From an uncultured virus (IMG/VR IMGVR_UViG_3300032116_000119) (lineage: Duplodnaviria > Heunggongvirae > Uroviricota > Caudoviricetes), in the IMG/VR virus record IMGVR_UViG_3300032116_000119: a DNA stretch of 64,000 nt; one strand, 5' to 3'. The stretch's first letter is position 1. Each line of letters begins with the position of its first letter. Position numbers and translations under genes: made by a program. Positions 48,601 through 58,452 of the stretch are shown here, one piece after another. The notes beneath the pieces were generated by a model that did no database searches, was not told the origin of the DNA, and was given only the letters and a program-made list of their open reading frames with translations.

Positions 48601-51600
48601 TTTGAAGAAGATTCAGATGCTTTAGATTTTGCTAAGAATATGATTAAGTTAAATAATTTAAATGCGGTTATTCCGTCAAATGTCTTAGTAAAATACTATA
48701 CTGAAAATGACGAGGCATATCAAAAATTAAATACTATGCTTGACGCTATTGAAGGCAAAAAAGATTTAACAGCAACAATGGTGTATGAAATTATTCCAGA
48801 AGTTAAGGGAACAAATGCATTTAATGAAGATTACTTTAATACTTTAACAGAAGACCAGCAAAAGGTGTATACAACAACAATTGCTTCAGTTATTAATGTT
48901 CCAGATCCACAGATTGTTGCAACTGAAGACTACCAGACATGGCTAAAAGAAAACACAGTAATTGAGGGTAAAACATACGGTGGAGCACAGTATAAGGGTT
49001 TGTCTCAGGCTGCAATGATTGCACACTATAAAGAGCAACAAGGATTTAAGGCTGTTACAGAGGGTGCTTCTATAAGCACTAATGCTGGAGTACCTGCAAA
49101 CAATAAAGGTGAAGGAAATAAACCAAAAGCATCACCATTAGACGACCTTCTTAAAAAATTAAGAGATGTTCGTAAAAACCAAATTAAAGTTACACAAGGA
49201 TTTGACGCATCATTTAAATCTTTAAATAAACTCTTTGGCGGAAAAAAGACTATTGAGGTTTTCAGCGGTATTGAAAATGATATGAGAAAACTAGGAGCAG
49301 GAGAAGACCTAATTGAACTTATAGTTGGTATGGATCCTGAAGAGTTTGAAAGACAAAAAAACAAATTATTTAAAATTAAAAATGGTGAAATTGTTGCATT
49401 AAAAGATGGTGCTAAAAGTATTGGTGATGCACTTCAGTCTATTGCGCTTGGAGATTTTGTTAGCACACAAGATAGAATGGTTAAGAATATAGGAAATCAA
49501 AGTGCTGCACTTCAAAGACTTCAGGCAGCAGGTGTTGAGGGGTCAATTGCTTTAGAGATGGTTGCTGATGCTTCAACAGCAGCCGCTCTTGCTAATGAGA
49601 AATTATCAGACAAGCAACTTAAAAAAATTATAACGTCAGCAAAAAAAGCAACAAAAGAACAAGAAAGGCTTGCTGCTGTTACAGCCAATATCACAAAATC
49701 GAAGCAATTAAAAAATGAGGCAAAAGCATATAGCGAGTTAGTAAAAATTATGGGTCAGTTTAGTGCAGAACAAATAGAGGCAATTGTTAATAGTTCAGAG
49801 TTAATGGAGGCAATAAGAGTAGGATTTGATTCAACAAACACTAGAGAGGACTTTAATAAGTTATTAGATCTTTTAATGAAAGATGCAAATAATAAACTTA
49901 AACTTAAACTGCTAACTATTTCTGGAATGCAAGAAATATTCGATACTGGTTTTAGTAATGCCATGGATGCTTTTGATGTAGAAGAAACAAGACGTAGATT
50001 TGAATTTGATGATCGAATGAAGCCATTAAAAGAAGAAATTAAAAAAGCCGAAGAACTAATTGCTATAAAACAAGAGCAAATTAGAGTTCAAGAAATTGGT
50101 TTGAAAGAAATTGAAGACCAAGAAGCCAAGGTTAATGAAAAATATGACGAACGGCTAAAGGCTCTTGATGAGGTTGAAAAGGCCAATGCCTCTATATCAC
50201 AACAACAAAAGAGTCAACTAACTCTTGCTGAGGCACTAACATCTGGTGACATTGCTGCTGCTGCTCGTGCTGCACAGGAAATGAGAGCACAGTCTGCAGC
50301 AGATGCTGTAACAAAGCAAAAAGATGCACTAGAAAATTCTAGAGAATATGAACTATCACAATTAAAATCTAAAGACGGTAAAAGCAGACCTGAAATTGAA
50401 AAAGAAATTAAAAAACTAAAAGATGAAATTTATGAAATTGAACAAAAGAGTCTTGAACCAAATAGAGAAACTTTAAGACTTAATGAACTTGCCCTGGAAG
50501 AATCAATTAAGGGAATAAAAGTATTAGAAAAAACTAAGGATGAATGGGAAAGAATTAAAAATCGAGTTGATCAGGCAAGAACTAGTGCTGCTCAATTTGT
50601 TAAGCAAATGCAAGATGCTCTTGATGTTGTTGAAAAGTTAATTGCAGCATATAAAAATCAAAAGGTTAATACTGGAACAATAGATCCTGCAGGAGAATAC
50701 GTAGATCCAAAAGGAAGAACAAATCCTTGTGGCGCAGGCTATCATTTAAATCCAGAAGGAAAATGTGTGCCAGATGCCGCTGGAGTTACAGAATGTGGTC
50801 CAGGACTAAAACTAGTAAATGGAAATTGCGTACCAGTTACTTCTGGAGTTACAGAATGTGGTCCAGGACTAAAACTAGTAAATGGAAATTGCGTACCAGT
50901 TACTTCTGGAGTTACAGAATGTGGTCCAGGACTAAAACTAGTAAATGGAAATTGCGTACCAGTTACTTCTGGAGTTACAGAATGTGGTCCAGGACTAAAA
51001 CTAGTAAATGGAAATTGCGTACCAATTGTTAATAATAATGAAGATGGCAACAAGGATGGGTCTGGATTAGATTACACTGGAAGACCAATTAATCAGTGGA
51101 CACCTTATCTTTTGGATGCAAAAGAACAATATGATATAAGTGTTGCTTCATCTTTAAAGCCTGGAGCAACACCTAGTGATTTTGGTCACAACCTTGCTGC
51201 AAATGATATGAAAGTTTTGAATGCTCTTAGTTTGGTTGATGCACAAAATAAGTATAATGAAGATACAAAAAAATCTTTAAAGCCTGGAGCAACACCTAGT
51301 GATTTTGGGCATAATTTGTCATCAGGATCTATGCTAATAAGTAATCTAATACCAAAAGTTATTAATGCCTCAACAATGTCAGCAAAAGAAGCAGCAGAAA
51401 AAGAGGCAGCAAAGAAAAAATATGAACAGGGATTAAAGAGTTTTGGTGGTAACAGGCAGGCATTTGAACAGTTTGGAAATTGGAAGGCCTTGGGAGGACT
51501 AATTAAAAGATTTTCTATGGGTGGTTTTGCAAAGGGTACAGACACAGTTCCAGCAATGTTAACTCCAGGAGAATTTATAATGAGTAAATATGCTGTTGAT

Positions 51601-51798
51601 GCATATGGATTAGATACAATGAGGAAAATAAATAATGGAGAATTGTCTGGCGGTTCAGTGTATAATAATACATATACCTTAACAGTAAATGCTAAGACTG
51701 ATGCAAATCCAGACGAAATTGCACAGGCTGTAATGGCAACTATTAAGAGGGTTGATGACAGAAGAATTAGGGGGGTGGCTATAGGTGGCAGAAGGTGA
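42625..51798 (+). CDS. Tape measure protein (3057 aa) with inserted domains
   Basis: TP901-like core (GINASEGANALKS), Ala/Gly/hydrophobic segments, coiled coils, DTVPAMLTPGE motif. Confidence 0.92.
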   Translation: MADVQSNIHVNIDTSDALASLKLLQRQISAFHTQMSKSGAAASAVAANQAQNLMNSINATGKFQATMRTVATSTEYFTNALEKNKLTSREYFRYTGAATKTFGRLFKSEFETINKVARERVKDIQTQYIKMGRGANGALQAIAVRPLTLDMKNLATQTQIAAQRQQLLNQLLKQGSTNLLNFGKNTQWAGRQLMVGFTVPLMLLGSTAAKTFMKLEEQAIRFKRVYGEMFTTQEETDAMVKQIQTLAKEYTKYGVAVEKTMEMAANAAAMGKMGVELTAQVTEATRLAVLGGVEQEQALETTISVTNAFGVAAEDLAKKIDFLNAVENQTVVSIEDLTIAIPKAGPVVQQLGGDVEDLAFFLTAMKEGGINASEGANALKSGLASLINPSEKASKMLGGLGINIKGIVEANKGDVAATVVGFAQALDTLDPLNRARAIEQLFGKFQFSRLSTLFQNVTAQGSQAARVLGLTRATTEELAILSQRELDKIEDTTTYKFKKAIEDLKVTLAPVGEQFLKALTPIVEFASKILDKFNNLGEGSKKFLTILTVALGAVGPIALMTFGLLANGLANIIKLFATMKTSFNRAGSSTQILGNQTDYLTQQQLEASAVAASLDQVHQKLRQTFTSETSAVNALAAAYQRAIASQLGFTGPVGRGGKGGGIPQSRRYSTGVDRVPGPMGAGDIVPALLSPGEAVIPAQAAQDPANRPVITSLINDGTAVPKTKKKRTKPDTVFAHATKPQQMQTRNISDQFGDIRTNLGARGIERALGYRGLGFDIPEEVHKKLTNNTLDVREYEAEIRKARAVETMTSQLMKPPSNLTADEASRVTNKIRKNLILSLQNLPDGTKIGDRVIYSRMGNLKTGVMGGLARDPRIAPAIEKIFSVAGIGAASASTIKYDAKKMAVEDLIKNIRTYAPNTNPSVVSAIEDLAKKAPGIMLDVKRDGDKVVAYERPEVSGKKKSKNPNDWTLTDKRNNGSLVQDKNGNWVFKTGRSGGDTGAVKIGGTAGKKLLEKARAALQGLTAEDIDGRPITTYGKQLEKGTGYSNVAARDASGVFLTEDGKKVYVKPMPDLRAALAEQRATIIARDVHGLEAPKQELRVIKDPYTGKTMFALESAYDPKFTPKELSGNFSREQYFRQLVAANLRGDDDLKKGNLGGNRLVDVGKAGVLDRASGARGYAERMPSMLEMAEKNLSGVKGPAAGKSPFWFGNATADIAKNMTPDEYHKAMIAEIDRTLPKLKETIAKFNLGPEDQKYYQAMIDRLEEGKKVNWRLVHAKHNAILVKPDELVEDEDGKTEKPKTRRKTRGVKSGSPKDTREMNKPKKGKRIVQGPRGVRVPGFADAPESSSAIGSSIVAGARSSIAEAKSTGQKIGLTISQSAAAASRTALYGTGPVDANQKSMRRKLEKLERDNKRLSKIAAQAPVPQPVVAANMAQDGQRMTPSGKLKSYIQKREDKRAARVAAGKGPGMGVGGAAMAASGIAMLGSMAPGKVGEISQKIMMPLMGLSMILPMLKSPVMAVVAGLTATVGAFIALRMAFNNAQEKVLQEAEKFRGSSSAIQSIAKFGGKVTASEQMDLRRKNSFSMLGPATGKTTYGEAFVQTKEGKALTENLAKQNAAGKGGQAVSDLTSQLSTAVMSGAMDINQAKSLAMNAAKEAGDVSIGLKVIAQMEKVLGPNGEDLDKNPLEVRTRMIAENQKRMQSNMSNIENAGMINKLAGQKTMQKVGIGATAAGGAALGALTGMKIGTLLGTVVPGVGNVVGAIVGGGIGAAAGAIGGYFASKKFTQQSAQLGAAYAVDAKIAMEQNKQMLDSFDLYYQKKIEELRLQGKINEANDMQNRYIEERDKLTATQAALQEDIVKQYNSAGGMQESMMSGMKKAAKARYKDNPNEIAYMDVVGAQAGELRKSGAIDKGQEFLIQAKMASGDIPPSVFRQLLQMATDNKDIAPKMMNIITKFSGATSESIGVAAQNILNAKGDIDKTVQAKFITKVSAFEEDSDALDFAKNMIKLNNLNAVIPSNVLVKYYTENDEAYQKLNTMLDAIEGKKDLTATMVYEIIPEVKGTNAFNEDYFNTLTEDQQKVYTTTIASVINVPDPQIVATEDYQTWLKENTVIEGKTYGGAQYKGLSQAAMIAHYKEQQGFKAVTEGASISTNAGVPANNKGEGNKPKASPLDDLLKKLRDVRKNQIKVTQGFDASFKSLNKLFGGKKTIEVFSGIENDMRKLGAGEDLIELIVGMDPEEFERQKNKLFKIKNGEIVALKDGAKSIGDALQSIALGDFVSTQDRMVKNIGNQSAALQRLQAAGVEGSIALEMVADASTAAALANEKLSDKQLKKIITSAKKATKEQERLAAVTANITKSKQLKNEAKAYSELVKIMGQFSAEQIEAIVNSSELMEAIRVGFDSTNTREDFNKLLDLLMKDANNKLKLKLLTISGMQEIFDTGFSNAMDAFDVEETRRRFEFDDRMKPLKEEIKKAEELIAIKQEQIRVQEIGLKEIEDQEAKVNEKYDERLKALDEVEKANASISQQQKSQLTLAEALTSGDIAAAARAAQEMRAQSAADAVTKQKDALENSREYELSQLKSKDGKSRPEIEKEIKKLKDEIYEIEQKSLEPNRETLRLNELALEESIKGIKVLEKTKDEWERIKNRVDQARTSAAQFVKQMQDALDVVEKLIAAYKNQKVNTGTIDPAGEYVDPKGRTNPCGAGYHLNPEGKCVPDAAGVTECGPGLKLVNGNCVPVTSGVTECGPGLKLVNGNCVPVTSGVTECGPGLKLVNGNCVPVTSGVTECGPGLKLVNGNCVPIVNNNEDGNKDGSGLDYTGRPINQWTPYLLDAKEQYDISVASSLKPGATPSDFGHNLAANDMKVLNALSLVDAQNKYNEDTKKSLKPGATPSDFGHNLSSGSMLISNLIPKVINASTMSAKEAAEKEAAKKKYEQGLKSFGGNRQAFEQFGNWKALGGLIKRFSMGGFAKGTDTVPAMLTPGEFIMSKYAVDAYGLDTMRKINNGELSGGSVYNNTYTLTVNAKTDANPDEIAQAVMATIKRVDDRRIRGVAIGGRR
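50782..51024 (+). repeat. 63-bp identical tandem repeat x~4 encoding GVTECGPGLKLVNGNCVPVTS
   Basis: Units start at 50782, 50845, 50908 and 50971. Confidence 0.92.
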
Positions 51799-52426
51799 TT
51801 TAGATCCTAGGGTAGTTTATGCACAGGGTCGTAGAAAATATTATAGACCAAGCGGAATGCTTTGGTCAGAAAATTCTGGCACATTACAAGATGGCCTATA
51901 TATCCCCTACGGCTATGAGGTTGGTGTTAATCCAGAAAATGTTGAAGATGAATCACTTTTAGATCAATTTTTATTTTTAACTGATGATAATAGACAGCCA
52001 ATTGACTTCAAGCAAGACCGAATTGAAAAGCGTGAACGAATGATTAATGGTCGTATGAGATCTTATCACATTGCAGATAAAACTACAGTAAGTACAAGTT
52101 GGGATCTTATTCCTTCTAGATCACATGAGAATGTTCCAAATTTTGATCCAGCAACAGGTTTATCCCCCTATAAATCATATACAACAGACGGTGGTGCAGG
52201 TGGAGCAGATATGCTTGAATGGTATGAATCACACAAGGGATCTTTTTGGGTATTCCTTACATATGATAGAAAAGGAATATTTAAAGGTACACCAGAGCCA
52301 TATGATCATCTTCAGCAATATAATCAATTGATTGAAATGTTTATTAGGGATTTTTCTTTCTCAGTTGAAAAACGAGGAACTAAATTTGATTATTGGAATG
52401 TTTCTGTAACACTGGAAGAAGTATAA
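51785..52426 (+). CDS. Distal tail (Dit-like) protein, putative
   Basis: First gene after tape measure; R.INGRMRS...W...WNVSVTLEEV. Confidence 0.6.
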   Translation: MAEGDLDPRVVYAQGRRKYYRPSGMLWSENSGTLQDGLYIPYGYEVGVNPENVEDESLLDQFLFLTDDNRQPIDFKQDRIEKRERMINGRMRSYHIADKTTVSTSWDLIPSRSHENVPNFDPATGLSPYKSYTTDGGAGGADMLEWYESHKGSFWVFLTYDRKGIFKGTPEPYDHLQQYNQLIEMFIRDFSFSVEKRGTKFDYWNVSVTLEEV

Positions 52427-55400
52427 TGTTTGAAGACAAAGACCTGCAGACATTTTTGGAGACATCTCCAACTATTAGAAATAAATCAGTTATTACTGCA
52501 GAATGGAACATGAATGTACCAACTAATATAAAACATATTGGTAATTATAGATATAGGCCAACACAGACATCTTCTATTTATTCTTCATTACCAACTAGTT
52601 TTGATATTAACGACGCTGGAAATTTTTATACTGGGGCAACGGATGCAGATGTAACCGTTGATGGATCATTTGACAACAATGATATTCCAACAATATTTTT
52701 AACTAAAAAAGAAAAACTACAAACGATTTATTCTTTAGAAGATTGTTTTAGTCAATTTAGACCTAGGTCTGGAATTAATAAAGCAGTATTTTTTGAAAAT
52801 GGAAAACTTCATCATCCTAATTTATTTATGGCAGATAGGCCCAGATACTATATGCCAGATAAAAATGACATATTCAAGTATTGGACATCATACAGAACTG
52901 AGGGTGGACAAGAGTATGGTGTTGCTTCTAAGGTAAGAGGATCTCAGTATGACATTGAAGATGCTTGTCCATTTGTTGTTTATAAAGAAAAAGTTCCTAC
53001 AAATAGAATTGTTATTAAAATGCAGACTCATGTTGGCACAGAAAATTTGGGTCCATTTTCTTCTTCAACTGGATCTTTTGCAGATCCATTTTTTGGAGAA
53101 TTAAGTCAAAAAACTCCAAGCAAATGGAAAATTCAAGTTTTAAAAGATAATAATTGGCAAGACCTCATATCTTTTGATCCGTCAAAAAGAAGAAGAGATG
53201 GATCTGCAATTATTAAAAGTGATGGGTATGTTGAAATTGCCTATGGATTAATAGTTCCAGAAGAGTGGAGACCGAATTTTGTTTTTGCAGAAACATATTC
53301 AACTGTATTATTGTTGCCAGACAAGTCGGTAGTTGGATACGCATATCTAATTAAAGAAAATGAAAATGACATTGGCGAATATCATATATGGAATGGAGAG
53401 GATTATACTGTAATAACGCCAAAATATGGCTGGTACATTCAAGATGAAACTGTTGATAGGTTAACCAACTTTGTAGTAGATGCAACTTCTCCAAACTATT
53501 TTACTAGAACGCTTGATGGAAAAACTCAATATAGAGAATTTGAATACATTTCTGGAATAAGAATTGCTGTAGAAACAATGACTGTAAAAGACTCAACATT
53601 TGATTTAATTGAAATATCTCCAAGACTTGTAATGAATTTATCAGATAAAACACTAGACTATTCAATAAACAAGAGCGCTTCAGATCTTGGCATAAGTGGG
53701 CTTCCAGTTGGACAATTAGTTGCATCAAATGGTTCAATTAATATATTTGATTATGACCAGGCATTTAATGAAAACAACTCTTCAAGCATAATTAGTAAAT
53801 ATGTTAATAGACATATACAGTTTAAATTTTATGAAGTGATAGTAGATGTAGATGGCTGGGATTATTGGATTCCACTAAAAACACTTTACTCTGATTCCTT
53901 TCCAAAAGCAGATAATATGAATAAAACAATCTCCATGTCTTTAAGAGATTTATATTGGTATCTTGAGTCAATTACAGCACCACAAATATTAATGACAGAA
54001 GTTTCTTTAAGTTCTGCAGTTTCATTATTGCTTGATTATATAGGATTTTCTAACTATACATTTAAAAGAGTTAAAGATGAAAAAGAAATAATAATTCCAT
54101 ATTTTTTTATTGCACCAGATAAAAGTATTGCAGAAATTCTTCAAGACCTAGCAGTATCTACACAAACAGCAATGTTTTTTGATGAGTATAATAATTTTGT
54201 CATGATGAGTAAAAACTATATAATGCCAAACAAAGATCAAAGACCAACAACATTTGCTTTAAAAGGAAGTAGCGACCTAGTTCAACAAGAAAGAATAAAA
54301 AATAAAACATTAACAAATACAAAGATTGCTAACATTATTTCTGTTTCGGCTCAGGCAAACAGTGTATATAATGATGGAGTAATTAACTATACACCAAAGC
54401 ATATACAAAGATCAATAGGGTCTATAAAGCAGGCCAGTCTTTTAGATGAAGAAAGATATTATGTTTATAAGCCAGCACTGCTATGGGAGGTATCTGGAAC
54501 CGAAAATACAAAATCTTTAAATAATGAAATTGGAACACAGTCATCATACTTACTTACCGCAATACCGCTAAACTCTGATCTTTCTGCAGATGTTCCAACA
54601 GTAAAAAATGGCATTGTTATTAACAATACTTTTAGTTTAGGTGAGGCAGTATTTTGGATTGCTAGGTATAATGGATATTTTTATTCACAGGGAGAAATTA
54701 TAAAATACGATGCTGTTCAACATAATGTAACTGGTTTTGGTAATGTTTGGATTACTTCCATTGAAGATTATCAAAACTATTTTTCAAAGTTACCATTTAA
54801 TGGAAAAATATATCCAACAGGATTAGTTAGAATATACTCAGAACCAAAATATTTTGAACAGGGTGGTATAGTAAAATTACAAAATGGTCCAGTTGTTAAA
54901 CATGGCCGTGGACAATTTGGAACAACTATAGTAGCGCATTCTGCGGGCATTTCAGAATATTGGAAATCAGATGACAATGTAAAAGGTTGCTATATGGCGT
55001 CTGAATATTTATTTGATAACAAAACCCCATTGCCAACAACTACGATCTCTTCTGCTGGTAAAGCAACAGATGTTGGAACATCGGCTGATGCAATAGGAAG
55101 AACGTCTTCAAGAACTGGACTTATTAAAAACTTTCTTTCAACCACCATGGTTGGAGAAATAACAACAAAAACACAGCAACAGCCAGGATCTATTCAATCT
55201 TCTGCACTTTCTATTACTGGTCCAAACTTTACGACAAAAGAAAAACCTAGAAACTTTATTTCTTATGTTCATAAATCTTTAGAAAATAAAAAATATAAAC
55301 ATTTTGGAACTAGAATGAGAATTGTTGGTAAAATAGAAAATAATCAAGATAGAGGACAAACGTCAAATGGTTCATCAACATACTTTGTTGTCAATGGATC

Positions 55401-56718
55401 AACTCCAGATAAAAATATAAATATAGCAGGAGGATCTGCTGGATTAGCAATAATGTTAAATCCAACAACAAATGTTGGATATTATTTTGAAATAGCAGCA
55501 TTGGGATTGGGAAAACTGTCAGATACAGAAAAACAGGGCGTTAGCAATGTATTTTTTTATAAAGTAAAGTCTGACAATGGGACCGCAATTCCGATCAAAC
55601 TTTGGAGTGGCTTAGGACAAATTACAGTTGATGATGGAAAATTTACAGGCCAATCAAGAAGTTTTGCTGAGGAAAATCCGACGGTATATGACTTAGCAGT
55701 AGAGTACGAAGATATAGGAAAGACAAGAAGATTTTATTTATATTTAAATGGAGTAATGATAAAGGCTGTAGATGATAGCGATCCACTACCAGCATATTCC
55801 AACATAGCATTATTTGCTAGAGGGTCTTCTAGGGCTATGTTTGAAAATGTATACGCTTTATGCAATAATTATTCTCAGAATACGTCTTTCAGTCTTGGTG
55901 CCCCAGTTAATTCAGTTTTTGGAGATTCTGAAATAGATGCAAATGAATCATTTAGAAAATATTCAATTAGTGGTTTAATACAAAACACATATCTAACTGG
56001 CATCGGATCTTCAGAACCACCAAAATATGATATTTATTTTGAAGAGTTTGGCAGCATTATGAGAGAACTTGCAGCATTTAATTTTAAATACGACAAGGCG
56101 TACCCAGCATTAAGTGCAAAAATATCTCCAACATTTAATAAGATGAAGGGGTATTCAATTTCTGGATTTAGGGCTGGTTCATATGGAGCAGAATTTTTGG
56201 TATTTAATACAACAGACGCACCATTATCATTAGATGAAACTAGTGGAAACTATTTAAGAGTACAGGGTATTACATTTACACAACAATCTGATAATAATCT
56301 TACCGTTGATGAATATTTTAATAAAAATAGTCTTACTTCAAACCCTCAATTTATTGCAGATCAACTTATATCAAATCCATATAAATTTAAACAAGATTAT
56401 CAAGATATTAAACTTAGTAGAATGACATACGGCAAAAAAGATTTTGCAATAGATACAACATATATACAATCACAAGACGAGGCTACAAACCTTATGAAAT
56501 GGTTAATTGAAAAAGTTACAAAACCAAGGACATCTCTAGGGGTTCAAATATTCTCAATACCAACAATTCAACTTGGCGATATAGTTAGTGTAGACTATAA
56601 AGAAAATAACATAAGCATGGCGACAAATCCAGAAAATAGATTTGTCGTATATAATATTGAATTTTCAAGAAGTTCAGATGGTCCTTCAATGACTTTATTT
56701 TTAAGTGAGGTAGTTTGA
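52426..56718 (+). CDS. Large tail tip/hub protein
   Basis: EILQDLAVSTQTAMFFDEYNNF hub-like motif; C-terminal PTIQLGDIVSV. Confidence 0.7.
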   Translation: MFEDKDLQTFLETSPTIRNKSVITAEWNMNVPTNIKHIGNYRYRPTQTSSIYSSLPTSFDINDAGNFYTGATDADVTVDGSFDNNDIPTIFLTKKEKLQTIYSLEDCFSQFRPRSGINKAVFFENGKLHHPNLFMADRPRYYMPDKNDIFKYWTSYRTEGGQEYGVASKVRGSQYDIEDACPFVVYKEKVPTNRIVIKMQTHVGTENLGPFSSSTGSFADPFFGELSQKTPSKWKIQVLKDNNWQDLISFDPSKRRRDGSAIIKSDGYVEIAYGLIVPEEWRPNFVFAETYSTVLLLPDKSVVGYAYLIKENENDIGEYHIWNGEDYTVITPKYGWYIQDETVDRLTNFVVDATSPNYFTRTLDGKTQYREFEYISGIRIAVETMTVKDSTFDLIEISPRLVMNLSDKTLDYSINKSASDLGISGLPVGQLVASNGSINIFDYDQAFNENNSSSIISKYVNRHIQFKFYEVIVDVDGWDYWIPLKTLYSDSFPKADNMNKTISMSLRDLYWYLESITAPQILMTEVSLSSAVSLLLDYIGFSNYTFKRVKDEKEIIIPYFFIAPDKSIAEILQDLAVSTQTAMFFDEYNNFVMMSKNYIMPNKDQRPTTFALKGSSDLVQQERIKNKTLTNTKIANIISVSAQANSVYNDGVINYTPKHIQRSIGSIKQASLLDEERYYVYKPALLWEVSGTENTKSLNNEIGTQSSYLLTAIPLNSDLSADVPTVKNGIVINNTFSLGEAVFWIARYNGYFYSQGEIIKYDAVQHNVTGFGNVWITSIEDYQNYFSKLPFNGKIYPTGLVRIYSEPKYFEQGGIVKLQNGPVVKHGRGQFGTTIVAHSAGISEYWKSDDNVKGCYMASEYLFDNKTPLPTTTISSAGKATDVGTSADAIGRTSSRTGLIKNFLSTTMVGEITTKTQQQPGSIQSSALSITGPNFTTKEKPRNFISYVHKSLENKKYKHFGTRMRIVGKIENNQDRGQTSNGSSTYFVVNGSTPDKNINIAGGSAGLAIMLNPTTNVGYYFEIAALGLGKLSDTEKQGVSNVFFYKVKSDNGTAIPIKLWSGLGQITVDDGKFTGQSRSFAEENPTVYDLAVEYEDIGKTRRFYLYLNGVMIKAVDDSDPLPAYSNIALFARGSSRAMFENVYALCNNYSQNTSFSLGAPVNSVFGDSEIDANESFRKYSISGLIQNTYLTGIGSSEPPKYDIYFEEFGSIMRELAAFNFKYDKAYPALSAKISPTFNKMKGYSISGFRAGSYGAEFLVFNTTDAPLSLDETSGNYLRVQGITFTQQSDNNLTVDEYFNKNSLTSNPQFIADQLISNPYKFKQDYQDIKLSRMTYGKKDFAIDTTYIQSQDEATNLMKWLIEKVTKPRTSLGVQIFSIPTIQLGDIVSVDYKENNISMATNPENRFVVYNIEFSRSSDGPSMTLFLSEVV

Positions 56719-57290
56719 TGTCTAGTCCAATACAATCAGTAGATCCAAAATATATTGATGCTGTTGCAGCAATTCCAAAACCTTCCGAAAAGAAAGAAGA
56801 CGATTCTATAAAGATTGCAACACCAGACTTAATATTGTCAAATGACGAAACAATGTCAATAGAAATAATGACAGACCTAATATTTGAAGATATAGGCGGG
56901 TATGAACTTGCAACTATATCTAGGCACGACCTGGTAAATGGCCAAAAGGTTATTTATGCACCAATTAAAAACTTAACGGATCTTTACTTGCAGTATAATC
57001 CAAACAATGTTCTAAGGCTTCAGGCTTCTGATTCATATTTTAAGTCTTTATCTTTATCTATTTTAGACCGACTTCCAATATGTGGGACTGGCTATGATTT
57101 ACAGGGCACTGACCCAGACTTAACAAAAAGAACCAAGATTCCGAACTGTAAGTCTATATACATAGATCCAATAACTGGAGATCTTATAATTAATCTTATC
57201 AATATGAAAGAGGGAGAACAGGTAGAGGTAGAAATATTAACTGCTGGAAATATTTTTGATGATACAATATACTATGGGAGTAGCCAATGA
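56718..57290 (+). CDS. Tail tip protein, putative
   Basis: Coupled ORF in the tail module. Confidence 0.55.
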   Translation: MSSPIQSVDPKYIDAVAAIPKPSEKKEDDSIKIATPDLILSNDETMSIEIMTDLIFEDIGGYELATISRHDLVNGQKVIYAPIKNLTDLYLQYNPNNVLRLQASDSYFKSLSLSILDRLPICGTGYDLQGTDPDLTKRTKIPNCKSIYIDPITGDLIINLINMKEGEQVEVEILTAGNIFDDTIYYGSSQ

Positions 57291-58450
57291 TAACTAATAT
57301 AGGAAAAAATCTTTTAGCAAAATACCTTGTTGGGCAGACGCCATCGTATGCGTCCCACATTGCAGTAGGCTGTGGATCCAAGCCAGTTGTTTCTGATTAC
57401 ACATTTACATCTCAAGAATTAACAGATTTAAAAAATAAAGAATCTTTAGATTTTGAAATGTTTCGTTCTCCAATTATTTCAAGGGGCTTTGTAAATGAAA
57501 ATGGACTATCAAAAGTTGTATTGACTGCAGAACTACCGACAGAAGAAAGATATGAGATTACTGAGGTAGGAATATTTTCTGCAGGATCAAACCCAGTTGC
57601 TGGATCATTTGATAGCAGAGTTGTTTATTCATTTGCAGATACAGATAATTGGAAATACAATCCAGCAGGATTATCTCCAGTAGATATACCAATAAAATAT
57701 ACTCCATTAGATGGTGAAACTCAAAATGGAACAATCAACCAAACAGAAAAGGTATTTTTAACAAATGCTGATAATAGAATTTTCACACAAAGTGACAGAG
57801 TTGCAAGAAACGAAAGATGTAGATTTTTAAATAATATAATTGCAATGGTAGGAAATACATCTACAATAACTATAGATTCTGATGGAGTTATGCAGGCAAC
57901 CAGTAATTCAAATTATATAAGGCTAGATGAAACTTCGGTTAATTTTACAAAAAATAGTCCAATGGATGAATTAAGGCTTGCATTTTCAATTGTTAGCAAG
58001 GTTGCAAATTCTATTACTGTTCCAGATAATGTTAAAATTTTATTAGAGTTTTCACACACTGGGCCAAATTCAAGTCAGGAATATGCAAAATTTCAAGTTA
58101 ATATTGACGATGTATCATATACAGCAGGAACTGCAGAAAAAGAAAACAATTTTGCAAATAACAGATACATAGTATCAACTAAAACTTTTCAAGATTTAAA
58201 AAAGAGTGCCAACTTTAACTGGGCCGATGTTTCAACTGCAAAAATATATACATCCGTTATTAAAAATAATTTGCCATCTGATTCATTCTATGTTTGTTTA
58301 GATGCTTTAAGAGTTGAAAATACAACGTCTACAAACTCTTTATATGGACTAACTGGATATTCTGTAATTAAAAATGTACAGGCTAGGCCAATTATTAAAT
58401 CAGCAAATACAACAAACTATATAGAGTTTAGATTTGTTTTGGATGTTTAA
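57287..58450 (+). CDS. Baseplate/fibre-attachment protein, putative
   Basis: MITNIGKNLLAKYL...HIAVGCG...ITEVGIF, a tail-collar-like N-terminus. Confidence 0.6.
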   Translation: MITNIGKNLLAKYLVGQTPSYASHIAVGCGSKPVVSDYTFTSQELTDLKNKESLDFEMFRSPIISRGFVNENGLSKVVLTAELPTEERYEITEVGIFSAGSNPVAGSFDSRVVYSFADTDNWKYNPAGLSPVDIPIKYTPLDGETQNGTINQTEKVFLTNADNRIFTQSDRVARNERCRFLNNIIAMVGNTSTITIDSDGVMQATSNSNYIRLDETSVNFTKNSPMDELRLAFSIVSKVANSITVPDNVKILLEFSHTGPNSSQEYAKFQVNIDDVSYTAGTAEKENNFANNRYIVSTKTFQDLKKSANFNWADVSTAKIYTSVIKNNLPSDSFYVCLDALRVENTTSTNSLYGLTGYSVIKNVQARPIIKSANTTNYIEFRFVLDV

Positions 58451-58452
58451 CT

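Noticed and set aside
50782..51024. CRISPR-like array
   Set aside because: The 63-bp units are identical and contiguous with no unique spacers, and are in frame within the TMP.
42768..51545. Many minus-strand ORFs inside the tape measure gene
   Set aside because: Typical antisense shadows of a codon-biased long gene, with no SD, promoter or recognisable motifs.
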